Assembly (NCBI RefSeq): GCF_018350175.1
Contig: NC_058368.1
Span: 106,580,001-106,644,000 of the forward strand
DNA from: Felis catus
Taxonomy: Eukaryota
DNA: 64,000 nucleotides
Direction of reading: 5' to 3'
Shown: piece by piece, positions 12,001 through 25,333 of the stretch
Layout of the letters: the number at the start of each line of letters is the position of its first letter
How positions within the stretch are numbered: position 1 is the stretch's first letter
The notes under the pieces: generated by a model
Told to the model about the DNA's origin: nothing
Seen by the model: the letters and a program-made list of their open reading frames with translations, nothing else
Database searches by the model: none
Program-made: the position numbers and the translations under genes

Positions 12001-12523
12001 TAATACTTCAGCCAAAAAGAAAATGTGTAATTCTCCGTAATGTAAGATAAGAATGTGTAAATAAATTTTAATGATCATAGAAATCAAGTGAAATGACACT
12101 GAGACCTTGTGGAATCTCTTTCGATGCAGGATAAAGCCATTTATCTGTATACAAGTTAAAATCTCGGAAAGTACATCCAATAACTCTTCACAGAAGTTCA
12201 CATTGGAGAATTATGTTATGAATTGGAGAAAAGCAAAACAGAATTGTTTATTATTAGTTGTAAATTTTTCCAAAGTGTTGGAATTATTATGAGGACCAAT
12301 ATTATTTTTTAAATTCAAAAAAAATGAAATTCAAGTCTCACAATTAAATTATTAAATCTATTTTGGTTACTTTTTAAAGAATGTGCACAAGACAAAGCTT
12401 TTGTATAATCAAATATTTTCAAAATGTCATGGTGCATGGATGGGATCCACATATACAGAAAAATGTGAATGATCGTACACCGTGCAGGCAAACTAAGAAT
12501 TCAAGTAAGCATGAGTAATTTTT

Positions 12524-12725
12524 AAACACTTTTTTAATGTTTATTTATTTTTGAGAGAGAGAGAGAGAGAATGTGTGAGCAGGGGAGGAGCAAAGAGAGT
12601 GGGAGACACAGAATCTGAAGCAGCCTCCAGGCTCTGAGCTGTCAGCACAGAGCCCAGCGCAGGGCTTGAGATCATGACCTGAGCTGAAGTCAGACACTGA
12701 ACCGACTGAGCCACCCAGGCACCCC
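12524..12725 (-). mobile_element. CanSINE with short internal deletion
   Basis: gggcttga|gatcatg junction lacks ~15 bp; TSD agcatgagtaattttt/aggatgaataattttt. Confidence 0.93.
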
Positions 12726-14174
12726 AGGATGAATAATTTTTTTAGAAAGACAACTCTATATTTAGAGTGTATACTCTGAATCCCTGGATCTTCAAGTGTC
12801 ATTTTTGTCCTTGGAATTTTCCTTCCTAATAGGCATTAAGGCAGGTATGAGGATGTTATGCTTTTATTGCCTCCTCTCTGCTGTGTGAAAGTGTCCTGCA
12901 ATTCAACTGAGAAGCTCAGATTCTCTATCTGCATGTTTTGTTTAGAGAGGGTACTAAACTCAGGGTCTTCAAATGGAAGTTTTAAGCATCAGGAATTTAG
13001 CCTTTCTTCCTAACTGTGTTCGCTTCATTAGCCTTCGGAAGAAACTGCCCTAAATGAAGAAAGAGAATAGAGACTTGAAAACCTCCAAAATACTTCCAAA
13101 AGACTTCCTTTGCATGGAATCGTTCATCAATTTCAACAGTAACAGAAAGTAATGGAAACGTGATCTGAATGGTTAGCGGAAACTTGAGTAGGAATTTAAA
13201 ACTCCGTTGAAGTTGTTCATCAGATACAGGGCACAGCTTGTTCTTTGTATTACCAATATTTAAATGTTGTGGGTATTTTCGCCAAAATTAAAACAAATCT
13301 TCCCAGAGGAATGGTGGTGATATAATGTGAGTCCTATATTAAAAGCACTTAACTTTTGATGGGCAATTTGTGGCATAAATTTTTATAAATGATTTAAAAT
13401 AAGACCTAGCATATTCACAAATATGTAAATCTTTATTTAGAACTGTTTGGGAACCTATTCTGTCAGAGAGTTTATTCATATTAAACGGATTTTTCAGGGA
13501 ATAAAATGACTTTAAAGCTGGAAGTCTCTGGCACAGAGTAGATTGTTTTTTTAGGTGCTCCCAACCATATGCTGTTAGTAAATTTGGTTTTCCAAATTTT
13601 CTTGGTTTTGTACATATATCATTTATTCCTAATTTATATACCTATAACTTTTTATAGCCACTAAGAAGTTCTGTGCCTGTCCAATTTCTAAAAAGAGAAA
13701 ATAGATATCTTAGAAATTAGCTAATTTAGCTAAAAATACATTTTTTTAAATTCAAAAGCAACAGATTAAGAATCAACCTGTGGTCCACAGTGGGGAAAAA
13801 TAAGTAAAATCCTATAAAATTCTTCTGGTATTTCTTCTCCAGATCTTGGAAAATAGTTGAATCTTTTGCCCCTTTTGGTAATGGGTATAATGATATTTAG
13901 TAACTATGGAATTAGCGTTCCAAGAAATATTTTGTGGTTTTATTAGGAAAACTATTTCTCAGTGGTTTTGGAAGAGCTTTGCTACTCCCAAAATAAGAAA
14001 GAGAGAGAAGGAAAAGACAGAGAAGAGAGGAGAAGTCAAAGAACTGGGAGAAGACAAAATGACTGAGATAAGACAAAATGACTATAATGTTTTTGGATAA
14101 AAATTAATTACAGGCTAATCTATGAAATAAGATGAAAATCAAAAAGATAGCAAAGATCTTGGATGCTACACTGT

Positions 14175-14751
14175 TTTTCTTTTCTTCCAAGATTTTATTT
14201 AAATTCAAGTTAATTAACATATAGTGTAGTATTGGTTTCGGGCATAGAATTTAGTTATACTTTTATAACTAAAATTTATTTTATATGTTTTATTTTATAG
14301 CTGTGTTTATTATATACACTTATGTATAATACCCAGTGATCATCACAACAGGTGCCCTCCTTACTGCCTATCACCCATTTAGCCCAACCCCCTTACCCAC
14401 CTCTCCTCCAGCAACCCTGTTTGTTCTCTATAGTTATGAGTCTCTGTTTTTATCTTACTTTATTTTTCCTTCCCTTCCCCTGTGTTCATCTGTTTTGCTT
14501 CCTAAATTCCACATATGAGTGAAATCATATGGTATTTGTCTTTCTCTGACTGACTCTTAATTCACTTGGCAAAATATACTCTAGTTCCATTTGTGTTGTT
14601 GCAAATGGAAAGATTTCATTCTTTTTTGATGGCTGAATAATATTACATTATATATACATAATATATATAATGTATATATATACATACCACATATACATAC
14701 ATATACATATAATGTGTGTGTATATATATGTACATATATACATATATGTAC

Positions 14752-14784
<33 letters not shown>

Positions 14785-15624
14785 TACCACATCTTCTTTA
14801 TCCATTCATCAGTTGATGGGCACTTGGCTCTTTCTACAATTTGGCTATTGTTGATAGTGCTGCTATAAACATTGGGGATTATGTGCCCCTTCAAATCAGT
14901 ATTTTTATATCCTTTAGATAAATACCTAGTAGTCTACTTGCTGGGCTGCAGGGTAGTTCTATTTTTAATTTTTTGAGGAACCTCCATACTGTTTTCCAGA
15001 GGGGCTGTACCAGTTTACATTCCCACCAGCAGTGCAAGAGTGTTCCCATTTCTCCACATCCTTGCCCATACCTTTTGTTTCCTGAGTCATTAATTTTAGC
15101 TGTTCTGACACATGTGAGGTGGTATCTCATTGTGGTTTTGATTTGTGTTTCCCTGATGATGAGTGATGTTGACCATTTTTTCATGTGTCTGTTAGCCATT
15201 TGTATGTCTTCTTTGGAGAAATGTCTTTTCATGTCCTCTCCCCATTTCTTCACGGATTATTTGTTTTTTGGGTGTTGAATTTGATAAGTTCTTTATACAT
15301 TTTGGATACTAGCCTTTTATCCAATATGTCATTTGCAAATATCTTGTAATTCTATCGGTTGTCTTTTAGTTTTGTTGATTGTTACCTTTGCTGTGCAGAA
15401 CACTTTTTATCTTGATGGAGTCCCAATAGTTCATTTTTGCTTTTGTTTCCCTTGCCTCTGGAGACACGTCTGGTAAGAAGTTACTGTAACTGACATCAAA
15501 GAGGTTGCTGCCTGTGTTCTCCTCTAGGATTTTGTTGGTTTCCTGTCTCACATTTAGATCTTTCACCCATTTTGAACTCATTTTTGTGTATGGTGTGAGA
15601 AAGTGGTCCAGTTTCATTCTTCTT
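14175..15624 (-). mobile_element. 5'-truncated carnivore L1 (ORF2 C-terminus + 3'UTR), degraded
   Basis: ORF fragments [17 protein letters not shown]...[16 protein letters not shown] and LDHFLTPYTK...WVKDLNVR are L1 ORF2p; frameshifted. Confidence 0.95.
14645..14785. repeat. (TA)n/(CA)n low-complexity expansion inside L1
   Basis: Visible; the homologous L1 copy at ~48510 has only tatatatac here. Confidence 0.9.
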
Positions 15625-16482
15625 GAGCACTGTACTCTTAAACAGTTGTTTTCAGCTGCTTTTTAAATACACAAATAATTTAAACTCCATTATTTTTAGC
15701 ACTTTGCTGGTTCACGTTGAAAATAATTATACCACTGTATTTTTTTCAATGTCACATATTTAAAATATATATCACTAAAATCCTCATTAATCTTAAACAT
15801 GAGAACAAAGTTTAAAATTTCTAATTAGTGAGGTATATTTAAGGTATTTGGAAGAAAATTATGTCTGCCTTTAAGTTAATGATCATTTAAGTATGTAAGT
15901 GTCTGTATATGTATGCACATGTATATGCATCTATTTGTGCAGTACAGAAATACTTACATATGTATACATAAGTATGTCTATTGGTGTACATTTGTTTATA
16001 ATACATGGAGTAAAAATAAGATTGACATTCATCTTTTTATGTAGTGAACTACAGTGAACCCTTCTTCAATTGTCAACAATTCTTTCTTCTTAAATGGCAA
16101 AGGATCATCACCTTCCTTTGTGAGCTTTTTAAAAAGCTCAACTTTAATCTTTCTTTGTAAATAAATACTAAGTTGATGTCTTGTTAAAATCAACATCTGT
16201 TGAAGATAAATTAATCCCAGAAGGCTAAAAGAGTCAAATAAGACAGCAAATATTTGTGTGTGTGCTAAGAAGACTCTTCTCTAATTTATATTTATATATT
16301 TTTAAATTAACTCCATACAGGAATTAGCAGAGTATCTGTAACATATGTAGAGACACCATGGTTATCATCAGTGGCTTCAACCTACTGCCATAATCCAGGA
16401 TCAAACAAATGTCTCAATTTTTTATATGATCATCTTGCATATCCAGGATACTCCAGACTGTTTTTTGAATCAACTCACTTTT

Positions 16483-16715
16483 TTTTTGAGAGAGAGAGCG
16501 AGAGCGAGAGCGAGAGAGAGAGAGAGAGAGAGAGCAAGAGAGCACGTGTTGGAGATTGGGCATAGAGAAAGGGAGAGAGAATCCCAAGCACACTCCATGC
16601 CCAGTGTGGAGCCTGACACAGGACTCCACAGGGCTCAATCCCATGACTGTGAGATTATGACCTGAGCCAAAATCAAGAGTCAGACATTCAACTGACTGAG
16701 CCACCCAGGTGTCCT
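16483..16715 (-). mobile_element. CanSINE with very short tail and expanded GA/GAGC tract
   Basis: Perfect TSD tcaactcactttt (16470-16482, 16716-16728). Confidence 0.93.
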
Positions 16716-18109
16716 TCAACTCACTTTTTAATCACCATTTTTAAGATTTCCCAAGCCCAGGATTTTATCACAGGTCTTTTTATCTTAAGTTTTTTAAAAG
16801 CATATCCTTACCGTTCCTATCATTCTTGGCGTCCGAGGTATTCCTCAGACCCTGGTGCCAAGGTGGTTCTCTCTCTGCCATCTAACTTCATCTTTTACCC
16901 AGATTTCCCCTATCTATGCCCAGACCTTGTGTCAAGAAGGGACAAGTACAAGAGGGGAACGGGCATTTTTATCAAACAGAGACTCATTGTATCACACTTG
17001 GGCATATGTAGTATCTTGGTGAACAGTCTATGCAGCCAAGTGGTCATTATCCTTATGATCTAGGATAATTTCAGTCCAATACTAGAATCTAGGTAGACAA
17101 CCCAGAATTCCAATTGAGTTTCTTAGCTCACCTTTTAGCCAGACTGCCATCTAGAGACTACACCAACCAGGCTGGCCTGAGGTTGCCATTAGGTGAAGAA
17201 AGGAACATCAAGCTCAGAAATGGCCCTAGTAGAATCCTGAATTTTATATATTAGTATACAACCCTCTACTTCTTTTGACTTAATCATTAAGCAGGAAGTG
17301 GCCAAAAAGAGATGATCTTTTTCTCCTTGGGGCCACATTAAGGGGCCAAAGTTCTTTAAGAAGGTATGAAGACCAGTAGAAGGTGACAGAATAGTCAAAA
17401 GTCATTTCGAGTTAGTTTTTAAAGAGGGTGTCCCAACACTCAGGGACATTTATTGCCTTTGTGTGGGAGTGAGAAGGGAAATCCATCTAATCCATTGACT
17501 GTCAGTCCATTGTTGAGCAGACTTTTCGATAAAACGTTTATTTCAATAAAACTTTTGCTTTCAGGCTGCAAATTATAAAATAAGACAAAAATATGACAGA
17601 AAGGACTTTTAAGGGTTGCACTGATTACACTGGAGCAACAACACTGACCTAAAATGGCATCAATGCTGGTGAAACCCCCCAGAAAACCACAAACCAGCCA
17701 GGGTTCTAAAGATTATTCCGGCTTCTGTCCATGGTGGTTGCGAACTTACCTCTTTTCTCACTCGGTATACCATTGCCTTTCTGTGACTTCTGTCTCCTGA
17801 TTCTTAGTGACAGTCACAAGAGACTATCACTGGATTATGTTTTCTTCATGTTATTAGGACACCTTTGACATAATATATCTTAAGCCAAAGAATAAATTTT
17901 TAATTTTGGAATTTTAAGTAGGGCAAGAAAATCTACATATTTGAGAGCTACTATGGTACAGACATAGCATGTCAAATCATAACAGGTTTGCAACCACTTC
18001 TCCTTGAGCCCAATCATAATGGAGGCTTTTGTTGTCTTTGATGCATCACTTAGTTTGTGCAAGCAATACCATCACTGTATGTATTGATGTACATCTACAA
18101 GCAAGTTTC

Positions 18110-18275
18110 ACATTCTGATTTCATCCATCTTCTCATATACCCTTGGGGAAGGTAATATCCCATTTTAAAAATAAGAGTATGTGACTTATCCATTATTATG
18201 CCATCTTGAAGCACCAGAACTAACACAGAACCTGGTGTCTTGGATATTGAAAATCTGATGCTTGGCCAGAGCTGT
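18110..18275 (-). mobile_element. MIR fragment
   Basis: atcccatttta...gtgacttatcc...cagaacctgg MIR core pattern. Confidence 0.45.
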
Positions 18276-20173
18276 CATTAAAGCTTTCCTCTTAGAAGGA
18301 AAGTATGACCTAGGTCTTTTGTTTTGCATATGTAGAGATTTTAGTGTGTAATTTGTAAATGCCCATGAATAGTGTGGAGATTTTTGATACTTAATTACAA
18401 GATTGGGTCAAGTAATACAATGCCATGGATTCTGGAGTCCTCATTAGATACTTTTGATGTTGGAGATTATTGTGAGCACCAGTGGATGCCAAAGGTTGAT
18501 TTGGCCCAGACTGTCATTTCCCCTGCTTTGCCCCCAATTACCTGGATGTTGCATTGATAGAGTGGGTAGAGCTACTGAAGAATTCTTTGATCTGAGGATG
18601 AAGATGAAAACAAACCAGTAAGTTCTCAGGGCATTGTTCGCTAGGTCTTTGTTTTATCTTCCAAAGGTTTGATGTTTGATAATGAATAAATTAGGGATAA
18701 AATATGAATGCACCCTCTGTAAGGACCCAGCAGGAAACATTGGCTGTTGAGCCAGATCTCAATCAGCAAATGAAAGGGGTTCATTTTGGCATCAAGGGCA
18801 GGCCTGTGAAGTCTGCAATTATTTAGAAGAAAATTGAAGATGAGAAAGCAAGTTTGTGTGCATGGTGTTTATGTGTGTGCAAGAGAGATAATAGGTTGAC
18901 TTAGGAAACACCCCAAATTTTATATAAAGTAATTTCCTTTCCTTGTAATGTAATTTATTCTTGAAAAATATTGAGGAGTTTATTTACCTATTAATTAAAT
19001 TGGCATAAATGTCTGTTAATGCACATAATGCTTTATCTCTTAGAGGCTGAACATCCTTTAGAGTCATACGCATATATAAAATACCTATTTTGCTGGCCTG
19101 AACTGTTGCTTTTCCTAGTAGAGAGAAATAAAGCCATTTGTAGAAAAGAAAATCGTAGGGAAACTGGTTTTATGTGGAATTACAGAAACGGTGAAATAAA
19201 CGTGGTGTTCCTACTTTTTTTCCATTACTAGCAAACTTAAATTGGCCTCTCTCTTCCTGGTCTCCTATACATACAATACTACCCGTAAAGGTCACTGCAT
19301 ATGTGTTGTTTTGAGGACCGTGCCGTCCGTGATTCAGCCATATTAGCTTCAAGCCATGACCTGGGGCTGAGAGCAGGCATATGGAAGATGGCATGCGGTC
19401 CCATGCTGTTGCCATTCTCCTCACATCTGCCCCACCAGGAAAGCTGTCACAGGAAGTTAGCAACCCCCAGCTCTTCTTGTCACTCTGCATGCAGACAGAG
19501 GCTGGCTTTTGCCTGTAGCCCTCCCTTCATCTAGGGCAAGCCAGAAAGTAAAGGACAGAAGCTTTGGCATAATCTTCAGCTCGGAACTATGCAAGAGGGA
19601 TGAAGTTCACTTGAGGAAACGTTGTCAAGGAGGCAAAGTATTTTTCTGGCGTCCCCCTTTGTGCTCTTTCCCATGCTTGATGTGTGCTTCTTTCCACGTC
19701 ATCTCAGACTCTAGGACAGCTATGAAATGAGCCTTGAGGAAAGGCTCTGATACAGATGGGGAGGCGCTCATCCTTTTTGTGCATCCCTTAGCTGCTATTT
19801 GTGGGCTCAATTACACGTAAAACTCCCTTCTAACTGTGTAGCCCAAAACTTAATTTTAGAATGAAAAAAAATGTCTATGTCTTGCTAACATGGAGAGAGA
19901 TTTTGGGTGACAAAGGCACTTCCCCAAATAACTTATCACAAGTAGCTTCTCATGCTACATTTATTTATAACAAGCCGTGAAGGCCATCCATTTTAGAAAG
20001 CACTTCATGATTCTATACCCTGAGGTTACTACTATAGTCTGTCTTATTCAGTCATTGAGAACACAATAGTATTTCTTGTCCTTATTTGTTTTGCATGATG
20101 TAAGTGAACTGGCTCAGGGTAGAATCAACTTATTTTTTAGTAGAGTCAATATGGAACATATGAGAAAATGTGC

Positions 20174-20240
20174 ATAGCGAGTCCATAACCTTATTACACA
20201 GGTATTAATAGCAAGTCCATAACCTTATTACACAGGTATT
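20174..20240. repeat. 34-bp tandem duplication
   Basis: atagcgagtccataaccttattacacaggtatta x2; second copy has CpG>CpA. Confidence 0.95.
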
Positions 20241-20837
20241 TCAATTATAGCATTTTTTTCTTTCAATCTATAATCAGATATGTTCTTTTTTCTGATATTG
20301 GAAAATAAAAGATGTAGATAAGGCAGCTAACTTCTGAAACACTGCGGCTTAAATTATATTAAGTAAAGACATTAAGGTTTCTTTATTCCTTTGAGAGAAA
20401 TTTTAAACTTAACAATGTTTAAATAGGATTTCTCGAAAGGATGGGAAAAGTAACACAAGATATACAATTATGTATTATTCATACAGTAAGATCAAAATGC
20501 ATTAAAAGTTACTTTCTTTTGTGTTTTGTCTAACTAATTGACATTCAATGTATTTACTTAAAATTTTCTCTTTTTTTTTTCCTTCTCACTTCCTTTTCTC
20601 TTTGTGGCTATCAAAGCTGAGATTTTTATCTATTAATTAGTAGCACAAACTTATGTTAGAGTAGCCTAGGGCAGGCATACATCAATGGTTAGGTATTACA
20701 ATGCTACCATATAATTAACTGCCTGTCAGCATGTAACTGGAGGGGGGTGGGGTAAAGAGGAAAAGAAGAAAGAAAAACAGAAAGTTGTTAGAAGAACAGT
20801 ATCCACTGTAGGAAAATGCATAATAATAAATAATAAG

Positions 20838-20870
20838 TTGCAGTTCTTTATAATATCACTAGGTGGCATG
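20838..20870 (+). promoter_or_regulatory. Candidate CTCF binding site with upstream (ZF9-11) motif
   Basis: Core TCACTAGGTGGCA (20856-20868; consensus CCACYAGRKGGCR) with TGCAGTTC starting 17 bp upstream. Confidence 0.5.
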
Positions 20871-21678
20871 TAACTGACTTGAACAAAAATAAAACTAGAA
20901 AAGAACCAGGAAAATCAGGATTTTAGAACACAGCTATGTCTGGAAGTTACCTGTATTTATTTATTATCCTACCAATTTGCAATTCACAAGTCAGATATAA
21001 ACATATTTGTGTTGGCCATCAAGTGATAGATTACGTATAAGCGTGCTCTCAGCACCTTGTATACAGTTAATACTCAATATGAGTAAATTTATTTTTGTGT
21101 AATTAGAATAGAAAGTGGTTTGTTGTGGGGTTTTTTGTCATTCATGTTGCTATTTAAATTAATGAGAGAGGTCAAGAACTTATGTAACGAGAAATATATT
21201 TCCATGTGGCTTATAGGATTGTTTAAAAGACAAAAATATAAAATAACATAAAGTTGATTCTTACAGGTATTCCTAAACTTTAGGTAAATATTATTTTATT
21301 AAGAATTACTACCATCTGAATTCCACAGAGCAGTCTTAAATTTGACATCTCGCCACCAAGTCCTGAATTCATTTCTAAAAGTTACAGAGATATGTGTCAC
21401 CTGCACACTTCTGTGACCTGTATGTAGCATGTTTACCCACTTTGGTTTTAATAAAAAGTGATGAATTATAAAACTTTACTATCTACTTTATTCTATTATA
21501 TACATATATATGCCTCAGTACAATAGTAAGAGAACTTGCAGAGAAAAATGGCCTGCATAAGTTATATATGGTTGATTAGAGAGAGAACAATGGGAAACTG
21601 TGGGAACCCTTTGTTTTTTTAATTAAATAATTAATTCTTGACTTTTCATATGTCTTTTTTAAAAATATTTTGCATACA

Positions 21679-21788
21679 TTTTTTTTTTTAATTTAAATTT
21701 TACTTACTTAACATCCAGTGTAGTATTTCAGGGTAGAATTCAGTGATTTGTCACTTACATACATTACCCACTGCTCATCACAAGGGTG
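21679..21788 (-). mobile_element. Short carnivore L1 3' end
   Basis: Poly-T then tagaattcagtgatttgtcacttacatac..cccactgctcatcacaag, homologous to the L1 ends at 14.2 and 48.1 kb. Confidence 0.75.
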
Positions 21789-22029
21789 TGGCAACACTTG
21801 AGAGCACTGTTGATATTGATAGGCCCTGTGAAGACAAAATCCAGCTCATGAATAAATGAGTTTATCATTCATGTTCAACTTTTCAAGATCTGAAAATAAT
21901 GACAGAGAATTAGCTTGAAGTAATATCCAAAATATAAATTTTCTCCTACAGTGGGTCATTTAGAGAGTCACGAAAAGAAAAAAGAGAAACCTACCAGTGC
22001 TAGAAAAAGAAAACACTTGATTATTTTAT

Positions 22030-22200
22030 GGCAGACACTGTAAAAAAATTTTAGGTAAGCCCTAATAACCCATGAAAAGAAGTATTATTATCACAAAATA
22101 TGTATGAGAAAAATGAAACCCGTGTAAGTAAAAAACTTGTCCAAAGTCATTCATATTGTGGGCGGAAAAACTTGATCCAAGTGAATGGACATTCCTGTCA
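22030..22200 (-). mobile_element. MIR fragment
   Basis: ataacccatga..attattatc..atgagaaaaatga..aacttgtccaaagtca. Confidence 0.55.
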
Positions 22201-22376
22201 GGTTGCCTCTGATGAATATTTCCAATTAACAGATTATCTGGATGATCAATTAGAAATGCAACCCATTTCCATAAACATGCATTCACTATCTGTTGATCAC
22301 AGTTTTACAAATGAAGAAAGCAAGTTCATTTGTTATTGTATATAATAATGCCTTGCATTGGCTTTGGGGACATGTT

Positions 22377-22601
22377 GTTTGTTTGTTTTTTTTAATTTTT
22401 TTAATGTTTATTTGTTTTAGAGACAGAGAAACAGAGCACAGTGGGGGGAGGGGCAAAGAGAGCTGGAGACAGAAACCGAAGCATGCTGCAGGCTCTGAGC
22501 TGTCAACACAAAGCCTGACGTGGGGCTCAAACCCACAAACTGTGAGATAGTGACCTGAGCTGAAGTCAGACACTTAACTGACTAGGCCACCCAGGAGCCC
22601 C
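22377..22601 (-). mobile_element. CanSINE
   Basis: TSD ttggggacatgtt x2. Confidence 0.95.
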
Positions 22602-23385
22602 ATTGGGGACATGTTTTATAACACAAATTTAAAATGAATCAAAGATCAGATGTTCAAAGTGAGGGATCACAAATGATATTTGAATAATATAAGAGTGATT
22701 AAAAATATTATTGAAGGCATTTCTACTTCTAGTAGAGTAGATCAAATAATTTGGACCAAACTCTCATGAGAATAACTAGAAAACCTGGGGGAAAACTCAT
22801 GCATCCTAAAAATACTGGAGGGTGGGGAAAAAAAGAGAATGTATCATACCAGAATTGGGAAAAGGATAGAGCCCCAGTGAGTCAAGCCTGGAATTTGGGG
22901 TTGACTTTCCCCTCTAATTATGTGCCACTCAGAACAGGAGAGACAAAATACTCAGAGGTGGATTAAGCACATTGACTGTATGTTCAAGACCAGGAGATGG
23001 GGATTGAGGTCCAGGAACCTCCAAAAGAAGAGGAATTGGAAGACCTCTCCTTTATTAGGTTGGGACTGAAAGGAGTTCCGCTCTGGGGTGAGAGTGAGCT
23101 CTTTGTGAAAAGGTCTCTCCAGGCAAGTGAGCCCAGGTCCAACTAATCTCATTCCCTCAGATGGATTGAGACATTCCCAGCTTTCTAGTGTTCCATGCAA
23201 CTAGTAGAAGGAAAACCAAAAGACTGTGGAACAATATGACACTTTTGGAACATGATTGCATATTTGTCCTCAAATGATTTCTTGAAACATCTTTTTAAAC
23301 AGATAATCAAATTTTCTAAACATAACCAGACAAATGAGGAGACAAAACAGCATGACTGAAAACCAGCAGCAATAACAAAACATAC

Positions 23386-23735
23386 TGCCAGGGTATGGAT
23401 GTTTGCGTCTTCCCTAAATTGTTATGTTGAAATCCAAATGTCCAGAGGTGATGATAATAGTAGGTGGGAGCCTTTGGGAGGTGATTCATTGATGGGAGTG
23501 GAACCTTCATTGGTGGGATTAGTGTCTTCATAAAGGAGACCCTACAGAGCTCCCTAGCCCCTTTATCCATGTGAAGGTACAATGAGAAGGACTACAACCA
23601 GGGAGAGGGTCCTCTCTCAACCCTGTTGACATTCTGATCTCGGACCTCCAACCTCCAGAACTGTGAGAACTACATTTCTTTATAAGCCATGCAGTCTGTG
23701 GTATTTTGTTATAGCAGCTCAAATGGTTTAAGACG
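23386..23735 (+). mobile_element. MaLR solo LTR (MLT1A-like)
   Basis: tgtttgcgtcttcccta..tatgttgaaatcc..gcctttgggaggtgatt..gacctccaacctccagaactgtgaga..gtattttgttatagcagc..aagac. Confidence 0.88.
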
Positions 23736-23940
23736 TAAAAACAGACGTCCAGAGGCTCCAACTATCAGAAATAAATTTTGAAATCATTATACTGTATGTA
23801 AGGTGATAATAGCCAGAATTCAAATTTTCAGGAGAAAATTGCAAACTATAAAAAATATGTAGAAATTGTAAAAATGAAAAATAAAATAACTGTAATGAGG
23901 AACTCAGTGCATGGTTTAGGAATAAATTAAAAGCAGCCGA

Positions 23941-24144
23941 GGGGCGCCTGGGTGGTTCAGTCAGTTAAGTGTCTGACTTTGACTCAGGTCATGATCTCAT
24001 GGCTGGTGAGTTCAAGCCCTGTGTCAGGCTCTGTGCCGACAGCTCAGTGCCTAGGGGCTGCTTCGGATTCTGTGTGTCTCTGCCTCTCTCTCTGCCACTC
24101 TTCCCCCTCAAAAATAAACATTAAAAAAAGAAAGAAAAGAAAGA
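23941..24144 (+). mobile_element. CanSINE
   Basis: TSD aaaagcagccga/aaaggcagctga. Confidence 0.95.
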
Positions 24145-24965
24145 AAAGGCAGCTGAAAAAGAATTTAGGGTAAGAGCTAAGGTATCTTGAATGATGCCCT
24201 GAGACAAAGCGGGAACAGGGTAAGAATGTTTAACGTAATTGTAGTTGGAATCCTAAAGTACAGAAGAAAAATGGAAGAAACGATTTGAAGAGATGATGAA
24301 TATGAGTTTTGTAAAACCGATGAAAGACATAAAACCATTTTTCAAAAGGACTATGAACAACATGCAAGGTAAATACAATAGAAAATCCACACCTAATCAC
24401 ATCAGCAACTGCTGAAAACTAAAGACAAAGAGGAAATTTAAAAGCAATCAGGAGGTTAAGAAAACTTTAAGGATTATGTTCTAAAATATGACAGTTAAAT
24501 TAAAACCTAATTTCTCTACAGCAACAATGGAAAACAGGAGACAGCTGAGTGATATTTTCAAAGTGCTGAAATAAAAGAACTGCCAAGCAAAATTCCATAC
24601 ACAGCAAGAGAGCCTTTAGAAAATTAAAATGAAAAAAAAAAAACACCCGATATTTTCAGGCAAACAAATGCTGAAAGAAAGATCACTAGTGGAACTTACC
24701 ACTGGGAGGAAAAACACATCATCAGGAGGAATACACAGTGCCCCCAGATGGTTGATTTGAGACAAACAAAAATGGTAAAAATAAGAGTAATCTAAATAAA
24801 GTAGGATGGCATAAAAATGATAATGGATGGATGGTTTATATTTCATGTATTTACTTATGTATAATTTAATGTAATACAGTTATTGAATAAATATATACGT
24901 ATATATACACAGTGGCTAAAAAACACGGAAGTTGGAGGGTGGGTGTGTTTTAAGGAACTCTTGAC

Positions 24966-25002
<37 letters not shown>
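24966..25002. repeat. (AG)n microsatellite
   Basis: Directly visible. Confidence 0.95.
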
Positions 25003-25009
<7 letters not shown>

Positions 25010-25333
25010 TCCATGAATACAAACCGTTAAGAATTAGTGGGTCATTTTCTCCCATCCCCTCCCCATCCTAAACCGTTTGGTCCAAAGCCATTTGATGGAG
25101 ATAAGCAAATATCTGCTATAGCTTAGGGCAAATATCAGAGTTAAAAGGGAATCATATTATAAGTAAGGGCGCTTACTAAAATATGTATGTGGTTTTGTTT
25201 GAAATTCTGTGATGCATTATTTAAAAAAATGTACAGAGGAGATGAGGATCACTTAAAATACCCAGTTTCCTCATTAAATACTCAATTTCTCCTAATCACC
25301 AAAATCACAATTATAAAAAACCCGAGACGATTA

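Larger units (their letters stand above)
22715..24900 (+). mobile_element. Old L1M element 5'UTR/ORF1 region, interrupted by MLT1A and a SINE
   Basis: A-rich ORF1-like sequence (aatccacacctaatcacatc..aactgctgaaaactaaagacaaagag; caacaatggaaaacagg..atattttcaaagtgctgaaa). Confidence 0.7.
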
